Origin: Nemertoderma westbladi
Taxonomy: Eukaryota > Animalia > Xenacoelomorpha
Direction: 5' to 3'
Length of the DNA stretch: 64,000 nt
Assembly (NCBI GenBank): GCA_032718475.1
Contig: JAUCBJ010001431.1
Coordinates: 1 to 64,000 of the forward strand
In this document: in pieces, positions 37,701 through 51,097 of the stretch
Position numbering within the stretch: position 1 is the stretch's first letter
Layout of the letters: every line of letters begins with the position of its first letter
Made by a program: the position numbers and the translations under genes
Notes under the pieces: model-generated
The model's database searches: none
Told to the model about the DNA's origin: nothing
What the model saw: the letters and a program-made list of their open reading frames with translations, nothing else

Positions 37701-40700
37701 TTCTTACTAACTTCTACTGACTTCTACTTACTTATTATTTTATTATTTTTATTATTTATTTTATTATTTATATGTGGGAAGGGTGTCTCGCCCTCATTCC
37801 CACCCCCCTCAGTCCAAAATATTGGATGACTAAACTTCATCTAAATTCATCTAAACTTCGAGGGCGATTCTTCCAACAGGCACTCTCTCACTGCTCCCCT
37901 TGTAGGTCCTGTAGGATTCGCCACACTCTCCTCGCCAATTCCAACTCACCAGGAATTGGTTCTCCCTCTTCTGCCACCCTAAAATCGGGTCTCTCCACCG
38001 CCTTCTTAATTTCCTGATCTCCTGGCAGCAAAATGCCACCCTTCATCTGGTTGTCTCCCGGTGGCAGAATGGAAAGAAACTGAAAGAACAGACAAAACAG
38101 AACGAGCAATAGTAATCCTATCCCTTTCCATCCTGTCTTCTTACTCAACCTCCCCCTTGTCGGTATGACTCTCAACCGGACCGGTGTCTCTTCTGGGCAC
38201 TACTCTGGACACTCCTCCGGACACTCCTCCAGACACTCCTCCGGACACTCCTTTGGACACTCCTCCGGACACTCCTCCAGACATCTCGCTGTCCACTCCT
38301 CTCCATCCCCATACCGATACTTGCTGGGAACATCCTTGTTCCATCCCATTGTCTCTAAGTCTTCCGCATCAAATCCATTCTCCTCCGCCCACTCTCTTAC
38401 TGTTACTTCCCCGTCTGGCTTATCTACCATCTCCGGTTTCTTGTCTTCGTCCTCAACGGTGCCTGGTAGCATGCACCCCGATGTCTCCGACACCCTGTGT
38501 GGAATCTTGGTTTTAATTGGGCTACTAAGCATCCATCCGAACGGCATGAGAATCGCCATCGGATCCCGCTGTCTGTCTTCCCCGAAGATCGTCTGTACTC
38601 TTTCGTGGGCTGTCAGGCAGTCCATACCCACTATGATGGATACCTTCGAGATGTCCACCTCTAGTATTGAAAAATCGATATCGTCCAGGAACCGGTACTG
38701 CTCGACCTCGATGTTAGTTGGTCTCCTGGCATTTATATTTATCGATTCTATGATCTGAATGGGGTCTATGGTCGCCCCATAGTCACACCCCGGTGCTATT
38801 GCTGATATCTTGCACCGTCCCGTCCTCATCTCCAGGACCTCATCTTTACTTGAGACAGTAGTTACCGCCATCCTACTCGGCCTCGTCTTTAGCCCTATCT
38901 CTTCGGCCACCCAATTCTCCACCAGCGTGAAGGCTGCTCCACTGTCGACCAGCATTAATGTTGTGACTGATCGGCCGCCCCTTCCTGTTATCTTCACTGG
39001 TACTACCCCGAGTAGTACTTTCCTCTTTCTCCTTGCTCCTGTCATGCTTGTAGCCATCGTTTGGCCTCCAGTCTCATCGTCCCCTATTGCTGTTTCTCTA
39101 CACTCTCCGGATCTGTGTCCTTCTACCACGCATCGATGACATAGTCCGTTTGCGTCTATGTAGGCTACACGATCTTGTTTGGGCAATGCTTGCCAGTGCT
39201 TACAACTCATGGTCTTATGGGTTCCGTCCCGATGTAATTGACATTCGAATCCTGGATTATAGCGTTCCCTGTATAGTCCTTCACGTATCGCGCGTAGGTT
39301 TATATCTACCGATTTAGTGTTTTGGTTATTTAGACTCAGCTTACTGGGTATGTTGGGATTATGTTTATTTGTGGTGTTATTTTCTTTCTGTCCCTGCCAC
39401 GGTGTGGCTCTACTCCCAGCTAACTGTGGGCTTGTAGCCCCCTGTGTGGCCGCGTATGGTAGCGACTGTCTTACTCTCGGTAATGGATCTGCAGGATTGT
39501 GTTCGGGTTTAGGCCTGTTGTATTCGGTCTTTGGTGCCTTCCCCAAACTATCCTCACTATAGACTGGGTCTGTGATCAACTCTGCTTCGTAGTTGAGGAA
39601 GTTCGACATTTCCTCTAGCCCTGGCTCCGCACCTTTCTTCTCCCGGGTGGAGAAGGCGATCTTCCTCCACTTGCTCCGCAGCCAGATCGGCAGTGCCTGC
39701 GCTATCGTGGTGATATTATTAGATGCGTTGAGTTCGTATGGCGCGTCTAGCGTCTTCAGCACGATTAACACCTTCTCGACTTTGTTTGCAAACATCTTTA
39801 TGCTAACGGGGTTATCCTGTAGGCCACCCGATGTTATACCCCTCAGGGTTTGCCGGATGATCTTGGCTGGGTGTCCGTATTCCCTGTCTAGGGCCCGCCA
39901 TGCAGTCGTGAAGCCGCCCTTGATGCCCTGATACTGCCTCACGATGTCATACGCTGGGCCTCCTGTATATACCTGTAGATATTTTAGGCACTCCGCCTGC
40001 GTCAGGTTCTTACTTAATATCTCATTGCTGTACATGCGCCGAAATTGCAGGTATTTGCGAAACTCCAGGAAGGCAGTCCTCATCGAACCCTTCCTCCGTT
40101 TAGTCAGTCGATCCGTCGCAAGTTCCTGGTGCAGTCGGCAAGCTTTCCGAGTCCTTATTCAGGCTCGTAATAACTGCCGGTGACCAGGGACCGCTAAGGA
40201 TCTGTCTGTCGGTTTACGTCGCAAATCCCTGACACAATCAGCAGACTTTCCGAGTCCTTAGTCAGGCTCGTAATAACTGCTGTTGGCCAGGGATCGCTAA
40301 GGGCAGTGCTTGTCCCTAGGCCTAACGAGTTACCAAATCCATCTCTACAGGCAGCAGGAAGTTGGCTAGGCCTAATAGTATTCAGGTAAACCTGAGTACT
40401 GCTTGATTTTGCCTTCCACCCTTGGCCCTTAAATATCTGATATGAGTCCCGTACCCCGTAAGTCGCCCCAATATTCGCCCGTGAATCGCCCCCAGTCCAT
40501 TGAATATACCCAAATTCCATGTTCCCGTGCCCAGTACTGATATTGGAATATTCATTTTAAATAAATCCGAAAAATATTCAACTCGCGTTATGAAAAGTTG
40601 AAATACCGCGAACAGTCCCCCCCAATGACCTTCGTGAGGTCTATCGGTAGATCGAGTTTGCGTAGGTCATTTCCCATATAAAAAACCCAAATTTTAATAT

Positions 40701-42921
40701 TGCATAGTCCTGATGAATTTTTCCTAGAGTTAGTTTTATGTAAATATAAAAATAAATGTTTGATATAAATGTCCCTGGAATATCCTGGTCCTCTATTTCT
40801 TACTCTGATATGCTTTCCTCCTCTTCACCCATCTACTCTCATCAATCGCCAGTGCAGGTAGGGGAGCATCAACGTCCATCGCAAGCATCGCTTCAGCTTG
40901 TCTCCTGGTGGCTCTTCCTTTAGATGGTAGCGGGATCATATCCGTCCGTCTCTCCAACTCGGTAGTGCGTGCCTCTAGAAACCACTTTCTGTCACCAAAT
41001 TCTTCTTTGTAGGAGTATAAGCACCTGAGGATTTCGAAGGGACCGAATAATCCAGCGCTTAATTGTAGATCCACATAATGGAATGGTAGTGTCGCTGCCG
41101 TATGGAGGCGTTCTGGGAACGAGAAGTATCCGCACGCCATCTCTTGCGCGATATTTCGAGCGCTTCTCCGCACTTTGGTCTTTACGTGGTTATTGGCGTA
41201 GGCTTCAAACATAACCATATTTCCCATAGCTGTTACGTCCTTCGTAGGACACTTTATGTTACAACAACGGGGGCTTGCGGAATGTCCACGGAAACCGCAT
41301 GTTGTGCAGAGGTTATAGAGGGTTGGACAAACCGATACATCATGGCCCAATACCGCGCAATAGGGACAGTAAAGTATCCCAAGTAGCTGGAGACACGAAT
41401 CGGTAACCCGATTTCTCCTACCGAGTGGACACTGTTCCGAACCACAGTTTCAGCACACCTCCAGTTGCATCTCCCGGCCGAAGAATATCGGAATCGGTAT
41501 GACGGTGTAATACTCCAGTCGTCGGTCGCTTTTGGGGATACTCGCCATGGCCGGTAGCCCGCGGAATGCTGAGCTTTGGCGTAGTATGTTCTCACTACGA
41601 TAACCTTCTTTATAGCCTATAGCCTGCCGGTCGCATCCCGGGCGCCCGTGTCTGGCGGTGGATCCACTCGGTCTGTTTGGCGTACCATCGGGTAAGTCGC
41701 ATAGGGTCTTGTGGAACGGAGGGGGCCGTTGCCACAGCCGGTCGGCAAAGAGGTGCCGGGGCGTTCGCCAGAGGAATTCCGAGGAGATCTATGGGAGTTG
41801 GAGCAATGCTGGAACCCTTTGCAACCTGTATCGCTGAGCGGGTCCATTGGGTGCTGGTACTCGGAATCTCCAAAGACCAGTCTTCTCCCCCCAGGAACGG
41901 ATATGGAGACAACCTCTGACATGTGTCGCCAAAGTCACTCAGCGCGAAGGGTCTCTAACTCACTAACTCCCTAGCGGGGCTACCGGAGCCAAGTGGGGTG
42001 GATACGCTTTGCTTCCGTCACAGGTTTGGCCGAGGCAACCCGTATGGCGGCCGGTTCGTAAGCGACTTCCGGATCGAGTTGTCGCTTTGGGGTGGACAGC
42101 AGAACACCTTCCTGTAGCCATAATTCCTCCCCATCCGAAGATATCAGTGGTTCCTCTGCACCGAGGAGATCAACAATCGTAGGGATGTTGAAAGGTCCAT
42201 TATCATCCCAGGATGCGATGACGTGGAGCGTTTTCGTATCTCCCGGTGGAATGTTCTCTACCGCTTTGAACGCGTGGTCGATAACTTCATTCCACTCCTA
42301 GTCGATGAAGGATCTAGGAACCGCATTAATGAGTTTATCGAGAATTTTGCAGATTAACTTGGCAACGGTATATGATTCCATTACGACGTAGACATAGTTC
42401 CATCGATCCGGATTCTCCCACTTGTGGTGGATCGTCTACTTTCTTTCTACGTCCTTCCAACTCTACATCCTGTCCCCACCTCCTGTTTGGGTGTCGGGAA
42501 TATTCGACATATCAACACCAGACCATCTAGGGTTCCGAGGACGACAACCAATGATCCACCGTATTCCTTCGTCCCATACTTCTCCTGGTAGTCGTCGCAA
42601 TTCTGGATAACTGATATACGTTCCTCTCGCAGTGTCGCTGTACATTCCGCTAGGTTTCCCCAGTGGGTGAGGTATGTACTCTTATCGTCGACAAAACTTT
42701 GGCATCGCGCCAACGTAATCGCTTTCGAAGTGGGCGTTGCGTTTCCCTCGTTGTCGTATATCAAACATCGGGATTTGTAGACGCTTCGCCTTTTTTCATT
42801 TCTCATTTATTACTCACCACATTTCATCATTTATTTCCACATTTCATCATTTATTTCCACCATTACATCATTTATTTCCACATTTCTTTGGGGTTATAGC
42901 CCCCCGGCTATCATCATTTGT
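37701..42921 (-). repeat. ~5.2-kb inverted duplicate of 26624-31882 (Bel-A ORF3 and LTR fused to Bel-B gag)
   Basis: Mirror-image ORF sets, e.g. 29654..31384(+) vs 38200..40083(-). Only scattered substitutions and small indels separate the copies. Confidence 0.95.
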
Positions 42922-43975
42922 GGTTTCCATGGCAACGGACTTAGAAAAAAGTCTATGTATTTCAAGTCAATATTTATAACTCTATTTGTAGGAAAACTAT
43001 AATACATATAAACTTGGGATTTCTCAACTCAACTATAAGGTCCATAGCAGAGCCGATTGAGGTTAAATAGAAATTCCAGTTACCTTGGCAACCGGGCTAA
43101 ACAGATGTTAAAATTTATAAAATGTTAATTTGAAGCCTAAGGTTAATGTGTTATGTCTTGGGACCAACCCCTACCCCCACTATATGACTTATTCTGCGTC
43201 CGAATTTCATTGTTTAATTTTGCAGTTACCATGACAACCGCTGAAAACAGATGTTTTTATACAAAAATAACTCATTTGGACATAGACTTCGCGATAAAAT
43301 TTTACGAAATTGGATATGTGTTATCTGGACCACTAGTTGAAACTTTTAGTAAAACCTAAAACATTCCATAAATATCTTGTTACCATGGTAACTGGAGTTT
43401 ATTAAAGTCGATATCATTCAAGTCTAAATTCAATACTCTATTTGCAGCAAAATAATGTAATAAATATAAATTTGGGGTTTTAAAAGTCATCTGTAAGGTC
43501 CATATACAATCCATTCGAGTTTAATTACACAATCCAATTACCATAGCAACAAGACTAAACAGATGTTAAAATTTCTAAAATGATAATTTGAAACACAAGT
43601 TAATAGTATTATGACTTGGGACCAAGACCTACCCCCATTATATGACTTATTCTGCATCCGAATTACATTGTTCTATTTTTCAGTTTCCATGACAACCACT
43701 GCAAACAGATGCATTATGATAGAAAATCGGTAATATGGACATAAACTACAATATTTTCTGAAACTTGGTATGTGTTATCTGAACCACAATCTGGACTGAA
43801 TCTTTTTTCAAAGGTAAAACCAACAGTTCCAGAGAATTCTAGTTTCCATGGGAATATAAGTTATTTATTGGCAAAAGCTACTAAACTAGGCTAAGCAACA
43901 AACCAAATTATGGCCCTTTGTTTAATTTTCCTTAGCTTCGTGGTTGCATTTCCTTTAGGAAATGCCTTTCTAGTT
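42922..43975 (+). mobile_element. Non-autonomous Helitron/Helentron-like element, 3' part with ~457-bp tandem units
   Basis: Two diverged units (42922-43378, 43379-43840). Terminal hairpin gcatttcc-ttta-ggaaatgc is followed by CTAG-TT at 43970-43975. Confidence 0.6.
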
Positions 43976-46817
43976 ACACCATATTGGTACAAAATTTATT
44001 ATTTTTATGATCGATTATAGTGCATGATTAAATGGTGTTTCCAAATTAGGGAGACCTATTAAAATTATTATTACTATGTTATGCAAGAAATTTCAACCAG
44101 GGGCATATCCTTGGAGATCTGTGGATTGTACTACTGTAGGCCTAAATCGAACCTTAAGCTCGTATTCTAGACGATTTCCAAATCCTGGACCGCGGTTTCA
44201 CTGGTGTCCTCGCCTTCCCTTAACTTTCGGGTACTCGAGCACACCATGCTTAGAGCGAATGCTTTTATGTCAAAGTTTACTGTCAACATTTGGTCTTCTG
44301 GGAGTTAACAAAAACACATACACGAGTAGCATTCTGCTTCCTTTTGTGTAAGGTGCTTGCTTGGCTGGATTTCCTCGACCTGTGGAACCAGTGGAGTAGG
44401 TGGTGTTACCATCACCCCATCATCATTATGATTATCTAATGGCATACGTAGGACATAGTTAACCTCAACTATAAATGAACAGTATCACACTGGTGGTGGA
44501 CCCTTAAAATTGAGTGCGGGGTCACGTAGTCGACCAGTGGGGTGCCATTTCACATCCCGGGCGTAAGGTCACATTTACATAAATAATAATAAAATATAAT
44601 AAATGTGATGCCTTTGTATAATTACATAATATTTACTTATTTACTACATACATACAGTAGTTATGTTTATGTAGATGCCGGTTTGACTTAAACTTTCTGT
44701 TCCGCGTAGAGCCTTAGCGTGCAACCCCAATTAAATTTTGGCGCTTTTTAAATAGTTAAATATTATTTATATTATTACTACCATAGACGCATAATGAACT
44801 CTAGACCGAATAACACACCACCCACCCGATTGTAAATAGGGTTAAGTCAAATATAACTTTCCTGAATATTACGTTTCTTTCGAGTTTATTATTGTTATGG
44901 CAACTGATACAACATCTATTGGTAGTGATGAAGTCTTTTTTGAGATGCATAAATGTAATGAACACTTTTGTCCTCCGGAAATACCCAAGCCTGGTACCAA
45001 AGTCAACAGATTCCGAGCCCTCGACATGGCGTGGAATAGGCCACCTAAATGGAGACCCTCGATGTTCAAAAGGAACTTCGATTATGAAGTAAATCCAAAT
45101 CCTCCAGAAGAAAAGAAAAAAAGTTCGATAGACATTAAAAGTTATTCAGATAAGAAAACGAATAAAGACAAGAAAAAGGTTGATAGACGAAGGTTAATCG
45201 AGAATATTTGGAGACGGAAACAGCGAGTAATTATTGGAATTCTTATAGGCCTATCGGTCGCCGTTATATCTGGAGTAATAACTTGGTTAATTTGGAGGGA
45301 ACTTCAACCCGATATTGTAAACACTATTCCTATAAACTCAACTACAACCCCCCCGCCCACCACTATAACACCCTCACCCACCACAGTAACACCCTCAACC
45401 ACCACTACAACCCCCCCACCTACCACTACAACCCCACCACCCACCACTACAACCACCCCGCCCACCACTACAACCCCCCCGCCCAACACTACAACCCCCC
45501 CGCCCACCACTACAACCCCCCCGCCCACCACTACAACCCCCCCGCCCACCACTACAACCCCCCCGCCTACCACTACAACCCCACCACCCATCACTACAAC
45601 CCCCCCGCCCACCACAACTACCGAGGCAGTATTCCCATGTGCCGGTAATTCCGTTTCTAATAAACCTGTTTCTTTTTTAAACAACGACGTGATCTGCGAC
45701 AAGGGTGATCTTATAATACAGTTTCGAGACGAGTCATCTTCCACTGATTTCAATAAATATTGGGCGTCTTATGTAAATGGTTTTGGTGACATGGAAGGAA
45801 AAGGTTACTGGCTCGGGTTAGAAACAACTCATCGAATAACAACGCAATGGGAATGTGATCTAAAGATTGAATTAGAATATCCGGTATTACTCCCTCCATC
45901 CCCCCCCCCCCCCCCCCCTCCCTCCCTCATTTATACAAAAAAACTTTCGATTTTCACACCTAAAATTCAAATGTATTTATAATTTTATAAAATACTAGAT
46001 ATTAATAGAGGCTCCAGCCTATGATCCCGTAGGATTTTTATATCATAGTTTTATTATTTTAAAAATCACTGTCAATCCTTTTAATAATCGAACCGCAAAT
46101 CGATCGCAAGTGAAAAAATATTAGTTTATTGTTTTGGTTAGAAAACATAGTCACTGTAATCGCCCACTTTCCCTTATTGTTTAATATTTCATACCCTCTA
46201 CACACATACTGTAGTTGGTTTTTGTGGTCATTAAAAATTTTATTATTATATTATTATTATTAATTTTATTCATACATTATTTAAAAAGCAAGAAAAAACA
46301 TAAAAAAAGAGGTTAAATAAAGGTGGGAGGGCAGCTGGCCAAGTAATACCGAATTAACAATTAAGGTTTGGGAAACAACCGGAGTCGCATTATATAAGAA
46401 TGTAAAGATAGGATCAGGAGAAACGAATTACACGTTCAGTTACGGAGAATTTAAAAGTTTGGATTTCTTGGATGATAAAATGGCCGCTGCTAATGGGTCG
46501 CAGTTCTCTACTAAAGATAAAGATCATGATGATTACGACGATACCTCGTTGGCCTCAGATGGTTCCGGCGGTTGGTGGCATACCGTGCATTCTGGGACGA
46601 ACCTCAACGGGGATTATCAGTCTACTGTTTGGACGAAGGGAGTCATTTGGGGTTTTGGGGCTAAGGATGTTAAAGGGTCTAAGATAAAAATTCTTAACTG
46701 CAATTGACATTAACATTAGTCTAAACCTTACGATTGCTTTGAATAATGTTTATCAACGTAACTTTTATTATTAGCTTGTTATTTATTTACTGTCATTATA
46801 AAATTTTATAGTAAAGA
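43976..46817 (+). repeat. Segmental duplication copy 2 (direct repeat of 13610-16358)
   Basis: Near-identical upstream region, intron and 3' UTR start. Confidence 0.93.
44897..46707 (+). CDS. Type II TM mucin-stalk FReD protein, paralog 2; join(44897..45883,46366..46707)
   Basis: Same architecture as paralog 1 with a longer (TTTTPPP)n-like stalk. A phase-0 GT..AG intron sits at the equivalent position. Confidence 0.85.
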
Positions 46818-49800
46818 TCAGATCAAAGAATAAGAATCACGATTTGTATAATAGGCACTTCAACCATTTAAGGCTATTAGTGACCGCACAATTAATTGTA
46901 CAAGTAACTATAAGGAAATAATAAACACAAAGAAAATCTACTAATATAAAAAAAATAAATGTTAGGTTTGAAAAATAAACTGACGAAAGCACATACTGTA
47001 TAATTCCCACAAAAATAATTGATATGAATATTATATGGAACGACATTGCATAATGTTCTCCCTAACCCGAAAAGCATCATTAAGGTATCGGCCTAACTTT
47101 AGTAGTTTTTCCCTGGTAGTTGCCCCCATTAGCTCATGGTATTTCAATATAGTAGGATTCACATTGTAGCGCTCAGAGAAGTACTTCATGCGCAGATCTC
47201 GATAACCATCACACACCAACAAAAAATTATATTCATCCTCTATATCATTTTTATTACAAACCGGGCAGATTCTCGATTCTCTGGGTATTTTATACCACCG
47301 GCCGCTCTCGATCAGAAGTGCATGTGACGAACACCTGAACCTGGAAATCAACCTACTAAGACCTGCGTGACCTCTCAACATAGATAGGTTATTCTCCAAA
47401 CTGAAATCCCTCTTGCTATAGAGCATACCCTTCGGCGACCGCTCGATGGCACCCCACCAACCCTGTACGAACTGTGCACATAGTCGTTCACGAACATTTA
47501 GAATGAATTTCCTCTCATTTAATATGTCCCCGGGTCTTTCCCACGCCCAAGTAAATCCCAGATTATTTAGTAAATTACGCACCGAGATAGCCCAATTTCC
47601 ACCATCCCCTGTTCTACCAGTATTTCGTTCATTCAATTGCAAAATATAGGCCTGTTTAACTAATCTAGTGTCATTGCACCTTAGTAACTTTAACCAATAC
47701 TTTATAATCCTACAGTATCTTTCAATTTCTAGCGGAAAAATGCCAGATTCACCGTAAACCATGAAGTTTGGGGTTGTTACCTTCACTCCAAGGCGGTTCT
47801 TTAAGAATTTTATTAAGACACGTTCTGTATCAACTGACGAACAAAAACCCCAAACTTCGCAACCATATGTCAAAATTGGCTTAACTAATGCATTAAATAA
47901 ATCACAAGCCGTAATGAAATCCGTGGTGGGAAAATTAGCCAAATACTTTGTTAACGAAAAATTAGCTTTTTCCCCTTTGTTAGCCAGATTTTTCTGAGCG
48001 CAGGCAAAGCTGCCCCCACAAGTAAATAATACTCCCAGATACGTATATTCACCCACCACTTTAACATTATGACCCTTATATTTCCATTTTTCATGGGAGG
48101 CCACTTGTCCCCCTTTCCTAAATACAACAACGTTAGATTTGTCAAGGTTAACCGTAAGAGACCAATAGTCACAATAACTACCCAATATATCAAATGCATG
48201 TTGTAAATCATTAACTGAGTTTGCCATCAGCACAATGTCATCGGCATACAACAACATTAAAAGTTTAAAGGTGCCAATTGAGATACCTTGAATACCATTT
48301 GCAGCCAATTCAGATTCTAAATCATTTGAAAATAGATTAAATAACAATGGATTAAGACCAACCAACCAACGCCCAACCAACATATAAACTCACCAGAAAG
48401 TTCCCCATCTACACGTACTCGTGATTTAACTGCACTGTACATACTTTTTATTACATTAAAAACTTTTCCTGAAAAACCAAGTCTCGTTAATTTTACCCAT
48501 TAAGCAGTTCTATCTACACAATCAAACGCTTTTCTTAGGTCAATAAATGCACAATAAAGCTTAGCACGTTTACCTGTAGAATTACCAATAATTGTTTTCA
48601 AAATAAAAATCTGATCTACTGTAGAACGACCACCTCGAAACCCAGCTTGAGCTTCAATTATTATCGCAAACCCCTCAGCCCACCATTGGAGTCGTCCGTT
48701 TAATATAAGCGTAAATAATTTACCAAATGCACTTAACAAAGTTATACCTCTATAGTTGTTAGAGTCTAACCTTGTACCTTTATTTTTGTGGATGGGTGTA
48801 ATTATACCAGTAGTCCAACTGTCTGGGAAATAACCACAATGGAGGGCTGCATTAAATATGCTCGTAACAACTGGGACTAAAGTTTCCGCCCCCACTATGA
48901 AAAATTCGTTTAAAATACCATCAAAACCCGGTGCTTTATTACTACGTAACCTATTGATAGTCATGGCAACCTCCTCCTCCTCCAAAGGCGTACAGATATA
49001 ATTTTCAAAAATATGTTTGGCTAAAGCAAAGTCATTATTATTATTATTATTAGGAGGCAGCCCAACAACGTCCATATCCTCAAAGCTCGATCCTTCCTCA
49101 TTCAGCGCCCTGAAATGGGACGCAAATACCTCCGCACTTATTGGAGATTGCTGTGGGCTACTTGAACCCTGGCAACTCTGCCTTAATAGTTTCCAGATCT
49201 ACAATTTTAAATTTCCGCAACTTGTCCGACCTCCCACAATTAAAGTCAAAACGAGCTTTACGAAGTACCTTCCTGTATTGGGTCCTCATTTTCACCATAG
49301 CAGCGTTCGACGTTGCATCACCCTTATTCTTAAAGCTTCCCAGTGCCTGCCTAAAGGCATCTCTAGCTACCGCACAGTTTTCATTAAACCAAGGGGCATT
49401 ATTACAGGCACGGTAAACACCATTATTATCAACTTTAAAATAAATATCGGCTACATTACTTAAAATATCGGTAAACCCCGTTACGGCTGCATCAACCTTA
49501 CTGCAGGTAAGCGGTTCCATACATAAGACATTGTCCAACACCTTGTCAAATTCCAGCTGTGTTGCATCCGAGTTTAATGCATCTCTAAAGTCCCCACTTT
49601 TTATTTGCAGAAATTTGTATTTTCGGCTATTGGCTAACTTACCAGCAGTAACATTGGTTCTATTAGCATAAGATTCACTGCTACACAGTAGTATTCACTG
49701 CCACTAATGTTAAAAGCGGCTGATACGGTACAATGAGGCGATAAACTGTTAGGGTCGCCTATACTAAAATATTTGCAGGCCGTGATCATTGAAATATTAC

Positions 49801-50475
49801 CCAAAATGTAATCTATTGTAGACTTACGAACCCCATGCCTTCCTCCGTCACTATAATATGTAAAGTTACCCTTATCCACTCCCACACGACCATTTAATAT
49901 CGTTAAGTTGCTAGACCGACAGAGAGAAATCCGTTTCTCACCATGTCTGTTAGTAATCGAATCCGTATCTGAACGGATCTTAGTATCATTTGGCCAATCA
50001 TTATCATCAAAAACGTATTCATCGGGTAATAAATCATTAAAACCAGTAGACAAAGAATCATGACAGACATAATCTAATAGCACACCAGTTCTTGCATTTA
50101 AATCTCCAACTATTAAAAAATCAGTAGTATCAACATTCTGGTATAAAGAAACACCTTCTAGAATTTTATCAAACAAACAACCAGAATCATTAAAATAGCT
50201 AGGAGAATTATGAGGTGGAATATACACAGCACAGATAATTAAGTCCTTATGTATTCTTGAGTTCGGTTTACCTACAAATTTAAGCCATAATAAATCTTAA
50301 CTTGTCACGTTATTCAGAATCACAACATCATTACCGAGAGATTCAGATATATAAACAGTTACACCCCCACTGTATCTTTTAGCATATCTATGTTTATATT
50401 TCCTACAAACACTAAATTCCTTATATCCCCCAATGCCAATATCACGAGGATTGTTTGGGGCCTGCCAAGTTTCCA
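46818..50475 (-). mobile_element. LINE ORF2 (APE endonuclease, RT, C-terminal CCHC), RTE-X-like, interrupted by Bel-C
   Basis: ETW, YIPP, GDLNARTG, NGR..D.G.FTY and IDY; KAPGFDG, NYRGITLL, QAGFR, DL.KAFD and YADD; HALLIESGR and CPVC..EDE..F...C. Confidence 0.9.
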
Positions 50476-51025
50476 TGTTAGCTTATTCAATTCCACTAAC
50501 ACCCCACAAAGTAAGCCGTTAAGCAATATTGGGAGCACGAGGTTGGGTAATCAACAACTCGTGCCACCCCAACAAAGTGGGAAGGAGAAACACACAATAG
50601 GGGTCAGGGGCCATACCCCTGACAGAGAGAGAATAGCAGGAGTGAGGGGAAACACTCCAAAGGGCGCCAACAGGGATATTAGCCAATGGGGGGAAGGCAC
50701 CGGCTAGGTACTGTAACAACGGCCAAACCGTGCAATATATATTATTAGGTATCAGTAATCAGTTATTCAGTTATCTCATTTGTGTTAGTCGGTTAGCTAG
50801 GGTAGAGCAGAGACTTCTAAGACCGTCCTCGCCTACCACCATTATCTGTACATACCGTGAATCTATACTGTATCCATATATACTATATCTACCCTAACGT
50901 TTGCATTGTACATATCGGAGAATCAATAACATCAGAACTCTTGGACTCTTTTTACACTCAAACGGCGGGGACGCGTACTTTCAATAACCGCGGATAAACC
51001 GGGATCCTCTTTGGATCCCGTCACA
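50476..51025 (+). repeat. Bel-C 5' LTR (550 bp, TG...CA)
   Basis: Matches 63609-64000. The end is inferred from the GATCCCGTCACA terminus shared with the Bel-B LTR. TATA-like tract at ~50736 and TCAGTT initiator-like motifs at 50759 and 50767. Confidence 0.9.
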
Positions 51026-51097
51026 GTCTTAGAAAACCAACTGCTACCCTAGTCTTAGAATCTTAGAAACCCAGCCAGCTACCGATCTAAAGATAAG

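Noticed and set aside
45304-45753. Antisense Val/Gly-rich ORFs (also 15018-15314, 51955-52410, 2173-2436)
   Set aside because: These are shadow frames of repetitive coding sequence on the opposite strand.
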